Source of the DNA: Bacteroidales bacterium
GTDB lineage: Bacteria; Bacteroidota; Bacteroidia; Bacteroidales; UBA932
DNA length: 64,000 nt
Reading direction: 5' to 3'
NCBI GenBank assembly: GCA_024694675.1
Contig: JAILJO010000004.1
Coordinates: 29,407 to 93,406 of the forward strand
Position numbers and translations under genes: made by a program. Within the stretch, counting starts at the first letter, position 1; the number at the start of each line of letters is the position of its first letter. This document shows positions 10,251 through 20,590 of the stretch, one piece after another. The notes below the pieces were generated by a model, which searched no databases, was not told where the DNA came from, and was given only the letters and a program-made list of their open reading frames with translations.

Positions 10251-11502
10251 ACCTCTCGAACGCAGCCTTTTCAAGTTGCTCCCTGTCATCAGGGTGCGCA
10301 ATGGAAATCAGAAGCCCTGCCCTTTCCTGCAGGGCTTTTCCGTATAGATTGACTGCGCCATACTCCGTGACAACCCACTGGACATCCGCCCTTGGGGTGA
10401 CGACGCCTGCGCCAGGCTTCAGCGTGGGAACTATCTTAGGTGCACCCTTTGTGGTTCTGGAAGCCATGGCAATGATAGCCTTGCCGCCCTGGGAAAGTTT
10501 TGCGCCGCGTACAAAGTCCAGCTGGCCGCCGGTACCGGAATAGATTCGCTGGCCTATTGAATCCGCACAAACCTGACCCGTGAGGTCAATCTCTATGGCG
10601 GAATTCACGGAGACCATATTGGGGTTCCTGGCTATTATGCGTGGATCATTGGTATAAGCGATCTCTCTCATTAAGACTGCCGGATTGCGGTCGATGAAAT
10701 CGTACACTTTCTGGGAACCAAGGAGGAACGACGCAACCACTTTGCCGGTGTCTATTGCCTTGCGGGCGCCGTCTATGACGCCGCTGCGGATGAGCCTGAG
10801 AGCGCCGTCGCTGAACATTTCAGTGTGGAGACCCAGGTGTTTGTGGTCCTTCAGAGCCGCACAGATGGCGTTTGGCATGGCACCAATTCCCATCTGGAGG
10901 CAGGCTCCGTCCGGGATTAGTTCAGCGCAGTGACGGCCTATGACAAGGTCTGTCTCAGAGGGCTCTGCGTACTCTTTGGTAATTAGCGGACGATTGTCAT
11001 GAACCAGCGCGGTGAAACGCTCCAGCGGAACGGATTCACCGTAGGAGAACGGCACGTTTGGATTCACAACGGCAATGCGGTCGCGGGCGACCTCCAAGGC
11101 TGCTATGGAGCAGTCAACAGACGTACCAAGTGATACCATCCCGTCCACGGGCTCGCTTACCTGTACCATTGCGACGTCGCAAGGAAGCGAGCCGTTGCGG
11201 TACATCAGCTGGGTCTCAAAGAGGTTCACCGGAAGGTAATCCGCAAGGCCGGCGTGCACGTTTGTACGCACGTTGGGTCCCACGAAGAATCCTTGGTCAA
11301 GGAATGCTCCGCCTTCAGCATAAGGAGCCGGGCCTTCCGTGTGGAAATGATGGAAATGGACGTCCCGGAGCTCTTCCTTACGCTCTGCAAGCGCTTCCAC
11401 AAGCGCAATGGGAACGCTGGCAATGCTGGAAAGGTGCACGTGGTCGCCGCTCCGTACGCATTTCACCGCCTCCGCGGCCGATATATATGAAGGTTTAGTC
11501 AT
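10237..11502 (-). CDS. Acetyl-CoA hydrolase / 4-hydroxybutyrate CoA-transferase family
   Basis: [28 protein letters not shown] and IAHPDDR motifs. Confidence 0.9.
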   Translation of the reverse strand: MTKPSYISAAEAVKCVRSGDHVHLSSIASVPIALVEALAERKEELRDVHFHHFHTEGPAPYAEGGAFLDQGFFVGPNVRTNVHAGLADYLPVNLFETQLMYRNGSLPCDVAMVQVSEPVDGMVSLGTSVDCSIAALEVARDRIAVVNPNVPFSYGESVPLERFTALVHDNRPLITKEYAEPSETDLVIGRHCAELIPDGACLQMGIGAMPNAICAALKDHKHLGLHTEMFSDGALRLIRSGVIDGARKAIDTGKVVASFLLGSQKVYDFIDRNPAVLMREIAYTNDPRIIARNPNMVSVNSAIEIDLTGQVCADSIGQRIYSGTGGQLDFVRGAKLSQGGKAIIAMASRTTKGAPKIVPTLKPGAGVVTPRADVQWVVTEYGAVNLYGKALQERAGLLISIAHPDDREQLEKAAFERFTRG

Positions 11503-11602
11503 AAGCAGTTGTAAAGATACGTATTTTAACTCACATTTGACAATTTGTCAGTACTTCTTTGCAGGACCGCAATTTGCAGTAAAACGGCCAAACAGAAAGA
11601 CT

Positions 11603-12352
11603 ATGGGTTATGGTAAATGGATAGGAGGCGTCCTTGGATGGGTCATACTGGGTCCCATCGGAGGCCTTCTTGGGTATCTTGCCGGAAGGGCCTTTGACAA
11701 TGCCGCAGATGTGATAGGGCAGCAGGCCGCTTCTGGCGGTACCACAAGGCGTACATATTCAGCCACAGAGCAGCGGAACAGCTTCATGGTAAGCCTCCTG
11801 GTCCTCTCAGCAGCCGTCATCAAGGCCGACGACAGGACGCGCCAGGCGGAGATGGACTACGTGAAGGACTTCATCCGGAAGAACTTTGGTGAAGGCTCCG
11901 TACAGGAGGCCATGAGAATCCTTCGCCAGCTACTGGAGAAGGATGTGAACATCTATGAGGTAGGCCCTCAGATCGCCACCTACATGAACTATTCCCAGCG
12001 CCTGCAGCTCTTCCACTACCTCGTGCAGATTGCAATGGCCGATGGCGATTTCTCAAAGAGCGAGAAGTCCGTCCTGGAGGCCATCGGCACAACAATCGGC
12101 CTGTCCGACGCGGATGTATCGTCCGTTATTTCCATGTTCTACAAGGACACGAATTCCGCCTACGCCGTCCTGGAAATCTCCCCCTCCGCCACTGACGATG
12201 AGGTTCGCTCCGCATACCGCCGCATGGCTATGAAGAACCACCCGGACAAGGTTGCAACCCTGGGCCCTGACGTCCAGAAAGCCGCAGCAGAAAAGTTCCG
12301 CCAAATCCAGGAGGCCTACGAGGCCATCAAGAAAGAAAGAGGAATGAATTAA
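11603..12352 (+). CDS. DjlA-like co-chaperone (TerB-like plus C-terminal J domain)
   Basis: N-terminal [17 protein letters not shown]; C-terminal HPD motif; start moved to ATG 11603. Confidence 0.88.
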   Translation: MGYGKWIGGVLGWVILGPIGGLLGYLAGRAFDNAADVIGQQAASGGTTRRTYSATEQRNSFMVSLLVLSAAVIKADDRTRQAEMDYVKDFIRKNFGEGSVQEAMRILRQLLEKDVNIYEVGPQIATYMNYSQRLQLFHYLVQIAMADGDFSKSEKSVLEAIGTTIGLSDADVSSVISMFYKDTNSAYAVLEISPSATDDEVRSAYRRMAMKNHPDKVATLGPDVQKAAAEKFRQIQEAYEAIKKERGMN

Positions 12353-13062
12353 ACCAGCGACAGCGCTACGTCCATCATCTGGGTGAAGGTCTTCTGGCGT
12401 TCTTCCGAGGTGGTGACCTCGCCGGTGATGATGTGGTCCGATATGGTCAAAATGCCAAGGGCACGGGTCCCGGCCCTGGCAGCATTGAAGTATAGCGCGG
12501 CCACTTCCATCTCCACCGCAAGTACGCCCATCGCCATCCAGCGCTCCGGGTGCGGGTTCTCACGGTAGAACACGTCCGATGAGAGGACATTGCCAACTTT
12601 GTAGCGGTAGCCCATCTTGTCACAGGAATCCGCAGCAGCCCTAAGGAGTCCGAAGTCCGCAATGGGTGCGAAGACGCCGCCCAGTTCGTACTGGTCTCCG
12701 TAGTTGGAGTCCGTGCAGGCGCCCTCTGCAATCACCAGGTCACCGACCTTCAGGTCGCGTGTGTACGCTCCGGCGCTACCCACACGAATGATGGTCTTCA
12801 CGCCATAGAAATGATATAGTTCATATGTATACAGGCCAATGGAAGGCATTCCCATGCCATGCCCCATCATGCTGACGCGCTTGCCGTTGTAGGTACCCGT
12901 GTAACCGAGCATTCCGCGGACCTCGTTGAAGCAGACGGGATTCTCCAGATAACGCTCTGCCATGAACTTGGCGCGCAGCGGATCTCCGGCCATGATTACG
13001 GTTTCAGCAATCTCTCCGAGTTTAGCCCCAATGTGGGGCGTAGGTGTATTGTTCTCTTTCAT
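12349..13062 (-). CDS. deoD: Purine nucleoside phosphorylase DeoD-type
   Basis: TPHI, GDPLRAK, GMGMPS, RVGSAG, VEME and TISDH motifs. Confidence 0.95.
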   Translation of the reverse strand: MKENNTPTPHIGAKLGEIAETVIMAGDPLRAKFMAERYLENPVCFNEVRGMLGYTGTYNGKRVSMMGHGMGMPSIGLYTYELYHFYGVKTIIRVGSAGAYTRDLKVGDLVIAEGACTDSNYGDQYELGGVFAPIADFGLLRAAADSCDKMGYRYKVGNVLSSDVFYRENPHPERWMAMGVLAVEMEVAALYFNAARAGTRALGILTISDHIITGEVTTSEERQKTFTQMMDVALSLV

Positions 13063-13230
13063 TGTGTCATTATTTGGTTATCAGTGCAAATATACAAAAT
13101 AAGGACGAACCGCCTTGACAAAAAAGTGCCATAATCGCTGCCGCCTTGACACAAAAACAAGCCCTGATGCATTGTAGGTGTCGAGGTGGCATATTTGCGG
13201 AAGGTGCGCTGTCTTTTGCAGGTGAGCCAT

Positions 13231-13312
13231 AAAATGCTTATCTTAGCAGAAATCATTCTGATATGCTGAAGTATATGTCCATTCTCTCCCTGCTTGGCCT
13301 GGTTGCCTGCGG
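13231..13312 (+). repeat. Left arm of an 82-bp inverted repeat (promoter-like element, start codon and lipoprotein signal peptide)
   Basis: Reverse complement of 15662-15743 with 4 mismatches, aligned by eye. Confidence 0.9.
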
Positions 13313-13988
13313 AAACGGCAAGTATGAGGCCGAAACTTTCTACACGGACAGCAGGAAGCCAGTAACGATAACTCTTATAAAGCACGGCTCACTTGCCATC
13401 TCGTACAAGGGGCAGTCAATACAGATTGATCCTGTCGGCGGATATGGAAAGCCCACCGACTATGCGGCAGAATTCCCCAAGGCAGACCTCATCTTAGTAA
13501 CTCATGAGCACGGAGACCACTTTGACAAAGAAGCCATAGCGGCATTGTCTAAAGAAGGTGTGACTAAATTGGTTACCAACGCCCGCTGTGCGGAAATGCT
13601 TGGTTATGGTAGCGTTATGGCCAACGGAGACAAGATGGAATTGAAAGGAATCACAATAGAAGCCGTTCCCGCGTACAATTATTCAGAAGGACGCACTCAG
13701 TTCCACCCCAAGGGGCGTGACAACGGATTCGTCCTTACGCTTGACGGCCTTCGCATATACATTGCCGGTGACACGGAGGACATCTCGGAAATGGCGGAAC
13801 TGAAAGACATCGACATAGCCTTCCTCCCCGTAAACCAGCCGTACACCATGACAGTTGACCAGTGCGTAAACGCCGCCAAGGTCATAGCCCCCAAAGTCTT
13901 GATCCCTTACCACTTCTCCAGCACGGACCTGACCTCATTGCCGGACCTCCTGCCCGGAATCAATGTGCTTCTGAGGCATATGGAATAA
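13263..13988 (+). CDS. MBL-fold metallo-hydrolase lipoprotein
   Basis: Lipobox LVAC; THEHGDH, IAGDT and PYH motifs. Confidence 0.88.
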   Translation: MLKYMSILSLLGLVACGNGKYEAETFYTDSRKPVTITLIKHGSLAISYKGQSIQIDPVGGYGKPTDYAAEFPKADLILVTHEHGDHFDKEAIAALSKEGVTKLVTNARCAEMLGYGSVMANGDKMELKGITIEAVPAYNYSEGRTQFHPKGRDNGFVLTLDGLRIYIAGDTEDISEMAELKDIDIAFLPVNQPYTMTVDQCVNAAKVIAPKVLIPYHFSSTDLTSLPDLLPGINVLLRHME

Positions 13989-14638
13989 TGAAAAAGCTTA
14001 TACTCTGGGACCTGGACGGTACCCTCATAGATACACTGGAAGACTTGGCGGCGGCTGTGAACCATGCGCTCACGCTCCGCGGACTGCCGTTACACACCAT
14101 TGACGAATACCGTCGGATGGTGGGGCATGGCGTGCGGAACCTGGTTCAGCAGGCGCTTCCTGCTGGAGTGGATGATGTCTACGTTGATGAGTGCCTGAAG
14201 GACTTTAAGGAGTATTACTCGGCCCACATAGATGTGAAGACCAGGCCTTATCCGGGAATCAGCGATCTGATTACGGATCTGGACAAACGCGGCGTGAAAA
14301 TGGCAATCGTTTCCAACAAATTCCAGGAGGGAACGGAGTATCTGATAAAGGAGTTCTTCCCGGAGATTGACTTTGTGGCAATAATGGGAAACCGTGAAGG
14401 ATTCCCTCTGAAGCCCTCTCCGGAAATCGTTGAACATGTCCTAAGAATGTCTGACATCCCAAAGGTCGATGCCATTCTGGTGGGTGATTCGCCAACGGAC
14501 ATGAAGACGGCCGCCAACGGCGGCATTGACTCCATCGCCGTGAGCTGGGGTTACCGCACAAAGGAGGAACTGGCGGGAAACAGAATCGTAGACAGTGTAG
14601 AAGAGCTACGAGGAATTCTTACTTCTTCTTTAGATTAA
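13988..14638 (+). CDS. HAD-family hydrolase (phosphoglycolate phosphatase-like)
   Basis: DLDGTL, SNK, KPSP and VGDS..D motifs; ATG overlaps the upstream TAA. Confidence 0.9.
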   Translation: MKKLILWDLDGTLIDTLEDLAAAVNHALTLRGLPLHTIDEYRRMVGHGVRNLVQQALPAGVDDVYVDECLKDFKEYYSAHIDVKTRPYPGISDLITDLDKRGVKMAIVSNKFQEGTEYLIKEFFPEIDFVAIMGNREGFPLKPSPEIVEHVLRMSDIPKVDAILVGDSPTDMKTAANGGIDSIAVSWGYRTKEELAGNRIVDSVEELRGILTSSLD

Positions 14639-15003
14639 AGACATCCCTGTTGATCCTGACGGAGAGGACATCGTTTTTGAAAGACACTATCTGCCATTTC
14701 TTTATGTACCAGTCGGTTCCGTCCTGTCGGTCACGGGCGATTCCGTCTTCGATTAATGCCGAGGCGGTCTCATACCATTGGACGGCCTCCATTGTCTCCG
14801 TATTGTAATCATAATAGGAGTACTTGGTGGGTGACAGGCTAGTAATGGCATATGATGCCCACTGCTCCTTGGGAGTGAGGGTAAGTATACCGTCTGCATA
14901 TTCCCAAGTGCCCTTTTCCTTATTACCAACTGTCTTCAGGCCCTTCCGGACCGCATGCTACTGCTGCAAGTGCAATACTGAGATAGAAAAATAAGCGTTT
15001 CAT
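14619..15003 (-). pseudogene. Lipoprotein gene broken by a frameshift, probably an internal deletion
   Basis: MKRLFFYLSIALAAVACGPEGPEDSW-stop; a second frame reads VGNKEKGTWEYADGILTL...VFNLKKK-stop with no start of its own. Confidence 0.7.
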
Positions 15004-15015
15004 TTTATTGTGTTT

Positions 15016-15711
15016 TTACATAATCTCCAGCTTGGGCTTTACTGGGTCTATTGGGTGATAGATATGGTCACGCTCTACGGAGGTGACGCCCTTTACCTTC
15101 TTGAAGAAAGCTATCGCATCGTGAATATCCTTTCCATCGGGAATCTTTATTGCAATTCCGGGGATGATGCTGTAGTCGTACATTAGATCAGCACCATACT
15201 CCTTGACTGCGGCAAGAAGAGGCTCTTTCCCGACCTCCGGGTCATACATTATGATAAGGGTGTTCGGGGAGACATCCTGCGGCTCGTCCATAAGCCGTAT
15301 CTCTTTTCCCTTTGAAAGAACATATACGGCATCCTGACCGTTGAGGCGGCCGAATTCCGTGGCCTGGGCAATGGAGTTCTCAGGGAAAATGCGCACGCTG
15401 TCAAAATAATACAACCCGTCCTCTGAATTGAGCCATCCGCCGATATATCCTTCGTGCGCTTTGGCGTGGCTAATCACATATTCCAGGTCTTCCCGGTCGT
15501 GCCTGTTCTGAGTCTCCGCATAAGCCACAGAGATGCCTTGCTTGGGCTCCTGCCAGGACCTGATGTCAATGGTAAACCCTTCCGGACGCGATTGGCTGAA
15601 TACCCATACGCTATCTACGAGTGTAGGCTGTCCGGCAACCCTGGGAGTCCGTGACAGGGACCCGCAGGCAATCAGGCCAAACAGGGTGAGAATGGACATA
15701 TACTTCAGCAT
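15016..15711 (-). CDS. Lipoprotein with an unknown domain and a C-terminal subtilase-prodomain (I9)-like domain
   Basis: Lipobox LIAC; C-terminus LIIMY...YDYSIIPGIAIKIP...VKGVTSVERD. Confidence 0.65.
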   Translation of the reverse strand: MLKYMSILTLFGLIACGSLSRTPRVAGQPTLVDSVWVFSQSRPEGFTIDIRSWQEPKQGISVAYAETQNRHDREDLEYVISHAKAHEGYIGGWLNSEDGLYYFDSVRIFPENSIAQATEFGRLNGQDAVYVLSKGKEIRLMDEPQDVSPNTLIIMYDPEVGKEPLLAAVKEYGADLMYDYSIIPGIAIKIPDGKDIHDAIAFFKKVKGVTSVERDHIYHPIDPVKPKLEIM

Positions 15712-15743
15712 ATCAGAATGTTTTCTGCTAAGATAAGCATTTT
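15662..15743 (-). repeat. Right arm of the 82-bp inverted repeat
   Basis: Matches 13231-13312 in inverted orientation. Confidence 0.9.
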
Positions 15744-15786
15744 TCAGTATCTATTGTGTAAAAAGGGCATATTTGAGCATGATGAA

Positions 15787-15886
15787 TATCCCCGAAAGGG
15801 TATAATTCCATTGAAAATTTGTAAAAATATACCCGTTATGGTATATTATTGGTAAAAAATCTTATATTTGTACCCGAAAAGGTATA
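15787..15886. promoter_or_regulatory. Three imperfect 18-bp palindromic operators (about TATACC-N6-GGTATA) and a -7 element upstream of hipB
   Basis: TATCCCCGAAAGGGTATA at 15787, TATACCCGTTATGGTATA at 15828, TGTACCCGAAAAGGTATA at 15869; TATATTTG at 15863-15870. Confidence 0.8.
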
Positions 15887-15888
15887 AT

Positions 15889-16089
15889 ATGAGCATATCG
15901 GAACATATTAAAAGTAAAAGGAAGACCTACGGACTTACACAGACGGAACTGGCAGAACGTTCAGGCGTGGGGCTTCGTTTTGTTCGGGAAATGGAGCAAG
16001 GCAAAAGCACTCTTCGTATGGATAAGGTGAACCAAGTACTGGCTTTGTTCGGAGAAGAGCTGGGGGCTGTAAAATCTGAAGTATTATGA
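15889..16089 (+). CDS. hipB: HipB-like HTH antitoxin (y4mF type)
   Basis: LTQTELAERSGVGLRFVREMEQGKSTLRMDKVNQVL. Confidence 0.88.
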   Translation: MSISEHIKSKRKTYGLTQTELAERSGVGLRFVREMEQGKSTLRMDKVNQVLALFGEELGAVKSEVL

Positions 16090-16409
16090 AGCAAGCCCGT
16101 ATTTACATCCAGGATTCTTTTTGCGGCATTCTTACTGAGGATGAAGAAGGGTATCACTTTACCTACGACGCCGGCTATCTGAACTCAGAGGGCGCTTTGC
16201 CGCTGAGTCCGACAATGCCGTTGACGGCAGAGACATACGAAAAGGAAATGATGTTCCCTGTCTTTGACGGTCTCATCCCGGAAGGATGGCTGCTGGACAT
16301 TGCGTCTAACACTTGGAAAATTGATCCCAGGGACAGGATGTCCCTACTTATGGCATGTTGTAAAGACTGTATTGGAGATATCAGCGTAATCCCTTTTGGA
16401 AATGAGTAA
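16086..16409 (+). CDS. Stand-alone HipA N-terminal domain (HipS-like)
   Basis: YHFTYD..YL, LSPTMP, FDGLIPEGWLLD and DCIGDIS motifs. Confidence 0.85.
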   Translation: MKQARIYIQDSFCGILTEDEEGYHFTYDAGYLNSEGALPLSPTMPLTAETYEKEMMFPVFDGLIPEGWLLDIASNTWKIDPRDRMSLLMACCKDCIGDISVIPFGNE

Positions 16410-17349
16410 GTGTCTGTATTGCTACGGTGAGTTGGAAGATGGGCAGACCCATTTTCATCCTTCTTGTGCCCATAAGTTCTTCGGCACGGCCGTTGTTCCT
16501 GTGTTGCCTTATACCCGTGACAATATGTCTGATCTTGCCAGACAGGTAATCCGTACTAGCGCTACCGTTACCGGAGTCCAGGCCAAGATGTCTCTTGACC
16601 TTGACCGTGGCAAGAAAAACGAACCGGCCAGATTTACTATCGTCGGACTGTGGGGGCGGTACATTTTCAAGCCGCAGAGTTCCAAATACAGATGTCTGCC
16701 CGAATTGGAAGATCTTACAATGAAAATGGCATCGGCGGCCGGAATCCGCACCGTGGAGCATACTCTTATTCCAATGGCGGACGGAGAACTGGGTTACCTG
16801 ACAAAGCGCATTGACCGCAACAGCAAAGGTGGCAAGATATCGATGCTGGACATGTGCCAGCTTTCCAACCGGCTTACCGAGCATAAATATTATGGTACCT
16901 ATCCCCAACTTGCCGACACCATAAAACACTACTCATCTGCACCTTTGCTTGATGTTCAGCGTTTCTGGGAAGTCGTGCTATTCTCATGGATTACGGGCAA
17001 TTCGGACATGCACTGCAAGAATTTCTCCCTGATTGATATGGGCGGCCGCAAATACACTCTGGCTCCAGCATTCGACCTCCTGGCAGTATTGCTTGCCGAT
17101 CCTGAGGATCAGGAAGAATTGGCTATGACATTTACTGTAGGAGGGCGGAAAGACGGTTTTGACAGGGAGTCCTTCCTGGTGGCTATGGAGGAAAGCGGGA
17201 TATCCCGCCCCGTGGCCGAAAAGAAAATCGTCCGTATGTGCAATAGTTTGCCTGTTTGGGAATCTCTAATAGACAAGTCGTTCCTTCCGGACGACCTGAA
17301 AAGTTCATATAAAAATCTCATTCAAGAAAGACTTACGAGACTGCTATGA
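16402..17349 (+). CDS. HipA C-terminal kinase (HipT-like toxin)
   Basis: TVTGVQAK Gly-rich loop, IFKP, RIDR, GNSDMHCKNFS and LAPAFDL motifs. Confidence 0.9.
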   Translation: MSKCLYCYGELEDGQTHFHPSCAHKFFGTAVVPVLPYTRDNMSDLARQVIRTSATVTGVQAKMSLDLDRGKKNEPARFTIVGLWGRYIFKPQSSKYRCLPELEDLTMKMASAAGIRTVEHTLIPMADGELGYLTKRIDRNSKGGKISMLDMCQLSNRLTEHKYYGTYPQLADTIKHYSSAPLLDVQRFWEVVLFSWITGNSDMHCKNFSLIDMGGRKYTLAPAFDLLAVLLADPEDQEELAMTFTVGGRKDGFDRESFLVAMEESGISRPVAEKKIVRMCNSLPVWESLIDKSFLPDDLKSSYKNLIQERLTRLL

Positions 17350-18191
17350 ATACAATCTGGATTGTTCTGCCGATACTTACCCTTCTGATGTTCGATCTGG
17401 GGCTGGCGCTCCGCTTTGAGGACTTCGGAAAGGTTTTTCGCAGACCATGGCCCATTGCCGTGGCGCTTTTTGGGCAGCTGGTCCTGCTGCCGGCCATAGC
17501 CCTTGCACTGGCATACCTTTTCAAGCTGCCACCAGTGTTTTTCATTGGTCTGGTGCTTATTGCATGCTGCCCCGGAGGGAGTTCCTCCAACGTGTTTTCA
17601 AAACTTGCAGGAGGGGATGTGGCCCTGTCTGTGACACTCACTGCGATAAGCAGCGTGGTCACGCTGTTCACAATCCCGTTTGTAATGAGTTGGGCTACTC
17701 GTCTGGTTGGTGAGAGTGTTGGAATAGCTCTGCCCGTGGGGAATCTCATCAAGCAGAACATCGTCCTCATGCTGGTTCCTGTGCTCCTTGGAATTGGAAT
17801 GCACTATGCCTGGCCCAATGCGGCGCAAAAGACGGACAAGGTCCTCACGAAGCTTGCATTCCCGCTGCTTCTGGTCCTAATTACCGTTTTCTACATCCAG
17901 CACCACAGGACTATCCTAGATAACATCGGACTGCTTGGCGCCTGTGTGACAGTGCTCATACTTGTTGCCATAGGCATCTCTTCGCTACTGTCCCGGCTCG
18001 TGAGGAACAGCGCGCAGCAGCGCAGGACCGTTATCATCGAGGTCGGGATGCAGAACGCTGCCCAGGCCATCGCCATTGCCTCCAGCCCACTCATCTTCGC
18101 CAACGAAGAGATGGCAATCCCCGCCATTCTCTATTCGCTGATGATGAATATAGTACTCCTGACATATGTGGGTATTGTAAGAAAGCATTAA
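17346..18191 (+). CDS. Bile acid:sodium symporter family transporter
   Basis: CCPGGSSSN, GDVALSV and EVGMQN motifs. Confidence 0.9.
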   Translation: MNTIWIVLPILTLLMFDLGLALRFEDFGKVFRRPWPIAVALFGQLVLLPAIALALAYLFKLPPVFFIGLVLIACCPGGSSSNVFSKLAGGDVALSVTLTAISSVVTLFTIPFVMSWATRLVGESVGIALPVGNLIKQNIVLMLVPVLLGIGMHYAWPNAAQKTDKVLTKLAFPLLLVLITVFYIQHHRTILDNIGLLGACVTVLILVAIGISSLLSRLVRNSAQQRRTVIIEVGMQNAAQAIAIASSPLIFANEEMAIPAILYSLMMNIVLLTYVGIVRKH

Positions 18192-18209
18192 CACTATGCA
18201 TAAAGGATT

Positions 18210-19373
18210 CTACTGTTTATCCGTAAAAGAACAATAGTCGGAATAGACCTCGCGAACCACATCGTCCCAATTGAGGTAGAGGTCTCGTCTGGCGGCGGCG
18301 CTTATGCGCTGGTAGCTTTCTTCATCGGCCAGAATGTCCAATATGGCACGGGCGTAGTTGTCTTCTCCCGGGGCCGAAACATATCCGTTCAGGCCCGGAG
18401 TGACGGTTGCGGCGGTGCGGGCGCCTTCCAGGAAGAGCGTGGGCGTGCCCTGGCAGGCGGCCTCTATCTGGACCAGGGAATTGGCATCGTACAGAGAAGG
18501 GAAAAGGAACAGCTTGGCGCGGGAGTAGAGCCTCTCAAGCATGGGCTTGTCTGTAAGACCGCACATTATAACCTCTTCCGTAAGCCCCTGCTCTGCAACA
18601 ACTTCAGCAAGCTTATCCTCGTCCTGACCCTTGCCGGCGAAGAGCATTCGGAAGTTCTTCAGGCCCATTTCCTTGGCCCTGGCAAGAGCCCTTACTGTGA
18701 AGTCAATATTCTTGATGAAATTAATCCTTCCTACAAAAAGGAACACCGTAGCATCGTCAGGGACGCCATAGGTCTGGTTAACTATCCTGGCGGCCTCTTC
18801 CGGGTCCTCCACGGGCTTGTGGTCCGTTGCATTTAGCCTTACCTTGCAGGGCGCCGTGAGGCCGTACTCTTTTTCATACAGGTCCTTGATTCCGGCATTC
18901 ACGGCCCAGCATTCGTCGCAGGCGTTGAATACGCGCATAATGCGGGCCATTACCACCTTCAGGGCGATATCCGTATGCAGAGGCTTTTCAAAATCCTGCT
19001 TGTACTGGCTGTGCAGCGTGGCCACAACTGGAATCCTGTGCAGCTTGGCGTAAAGCAGCCCAGCCATTCCCACAGCGAAAGGAGAATGGATATGGACCAT
19101 GTCAATGCCGCTACGGATTATCTGTGCCTCAAACAGCGGATCCAGAGCCGGCGTAGGAAGGTCGTAATCATAGCCGATGATGGGCACGGAATGGCATCGT
19201 ACCACCTTGTAAGGTAGCTTTTCGTCGTCCTCCTTGCTGAATCCACGCGTTTCCGCACAGAAAACCACCACGTCGCAGTAATTCACCAGACGGCGGGCAT
19301 AATTGTCCACCACCTTGATTACACCGTCCACCATGGGATACCAGGTGTCTATGAAAAGGCCAACTCTATTCAT
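18210..19373 (-). CDS. Glycosyltransferase family 4
   Basis: [20 protein letters not shown]...KN and FPSLYD...VQIEAA motifs. Confidence 0.88.
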   Translation of the reverse strand: MNRVGLFIDTWYPMVDGVIKVVDNYARRLVNYCDVVVFCAETRGFSKEDDEKLPYKVVRCHSVPIIGYDYDLPTPALDPLFEAQIIRSGIDMVHIHSPFAVGMAGLLYAKLHRIPVVATLHSQYKQDFEKPLHTDIALKVVMARIMRVFNACDECWAVNAGIKDLYEKEYGLTAPCKVRLNATDHKPVEDPEEAARIVNQTYGVPDDATVFLFVGRINFIKNIDFTVRALARAKEMGLKNFRMLFAGKGQDEDKLAEVVAEQGLTEEVIMCGLTDKPMLERLYSRAKLFLFPSLYDANSLVQIEAACQGTPTLFLEGARTAATVTPGLNGYVSAPGEDNYARAILDILADEESYQRISAAARRDLYLNWDDVVREVYSDYCSFTDKQ

Positions 19374-20529
19374 TGATTATTGCGTATTCTATGCCGCGGA
19401 GTTCCGCGAGGGAGCGGAGGCGGCCATAGCAGGAGTAGCCGGGATTGGATTTCCGGTGAAGGTCGTCACACATCTGGTGGCCGTGGTCCGGGCGCAGGAA
19501 GATGCGGAAACCGCGTTTCTGCTCCACTTCCAGCATGGCTTTCATCATCTCATAGACAGGAACGTCGCCTTCCAGGAGGTTGGCCTCGTAGAAGTTGCCG
19601 TCCGCGTCACGCTTGGTGGAGCGGAGGTGAACGAAATCTATCCTGTCGCCAAACTCACGCATCATGGCCGGGCAGTCGTTGTCAGCACGGACGCCGAAGG
19701 AGCCTGTGCAAAGGTTAAGGCCGTTGGAAGGATTGGGCACCGCGGCGATGAGTTTGCGGAAATCATCGGCAGTAGAAAGGATGCGGGGAAGGCCCAGGAT
19801 GGGATACGGAGGATCGTCCGGATGGATTACCATGCGGGAACCCATCTCGTCGCACACCGGACATATCTGCTGAAGGAAGAAGATGAGATTGGCACGAAGC
19901 TGCTCCGCATCAATGCCCTTGTAGCGGTCCAAAGCTGCCTGGAAGTTCTCCAGGGTAAAACTTTCCTCGCTGCCGGGAAGGCCTGCTATCATGTTGCGAG
20001 TGATGAGGGCCACCTCTTCCGGAGACATCTCCGCGAAACGTTTTTCCGCTATCTCAATATCCTTAGCCGGATACTCCTCACGGGCGCCGGGGCGCTTCAG
20101 GATGCAGATGTCGAATGCCAGGAAGGCGGCGCGCTCAAAACGCAGGGCCTTTGAGCCGTCAGGCATCTCATAAGCCAGGTTGGTGCGGGTCCAGTCCAGA
20201 ACCGGCATGAAGTTGTAAGTGATGGTATGGATGCCGCATTCAGCCAGGTTGCGGATGGTCTGCTTGTAATTCTCTATGTAGCGGAGATACTCCCCTTCAC
20301 GGGTCTTGATGTGCTCGTGAACCGGAACGCTTTCCACCACGCTCCAGACCATTCCGTGTTCTGCAACGATTGCCTGGCGGGCTTTGATCTCAGAAACTGG
20401 CCACACTTCCCCGTTGGGAATGTGGTGAAGGGCATGGACTATGTCTGTCACACCCGCCTGGCGGATGTACTCTAGGGGAACGGGGTCGTTGGGGCCGTAC
20501 CAACGCCAACTCTGACGCATTGTATACAT
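19366..20529 (-). CDS. uxuA: Mannonate dehydratase
   Basis: [26 protein letters not shown] and RPDHGH motifs. Confidence 0.96.
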   Translation of the reverse strand: MYTMRQSWRWYGPNDPVPLEYIRQAGVTDIVHALHHIPNGEVWPVSEIKARQAIVAEHGMVWSVVESVPVHEHIKTREGEYLRYIENYKQTIRNLAECGIHTITYNFMPVLDWTRTNLAYEMPDGSKALRFERAAFLAFDICILKRPGAREEYPAKDIEIAEKRFAEMSPEEVALITRNMIAGLPGSEESFTLENFQAALDRYKGIDAEQLRANLIFFLQQICPVCDEMGSRMVIHPDDPPYPILGLPRILSTADDFRKLIAAVPNPSNGLNLCTGSFGVRADNDCPAMMREFGDRIDFVHLRSTKRDADGNFYEANLLEGDVPVYEMMKAMLEVEQKRGFRIFLRPDHGHQMCDDLHRKSNPGYSCYGRLRSLAELRGIEYAIINE

Positions 20530-20576
20530 AGATTTCTCGACTTCGCTCGAAATGACAATTACTCGAAATGACAATT
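20530..20576 (-). repeat. REP-like palindrome (GTCATT...AATCT family) plus a truncated tandem copy
   Basis: Minus strand TGTCATTTCGAGCGAAGTCGAGAAATCT; CTCGAAATGACAATT is duplicated; similar to 63688-63736. Confidence 0.75.
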
Positions 20577-20590
20577 AATTGTAAATACAA

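Noticed and set aside
11538-11550. TGACAATTTGTCA palindrome in a divergent promoter region
   Set aside because: It is short and single-copy with no linked regulator, so it could be chance.
15787-15886. 41-bp periodic repeats as a mini CRISPR array or iterons
   Set aside because: There are only three imperfect palindromes, directly upstream of an HTH antitoxin, with no cas or rep gene; operators explain them better.
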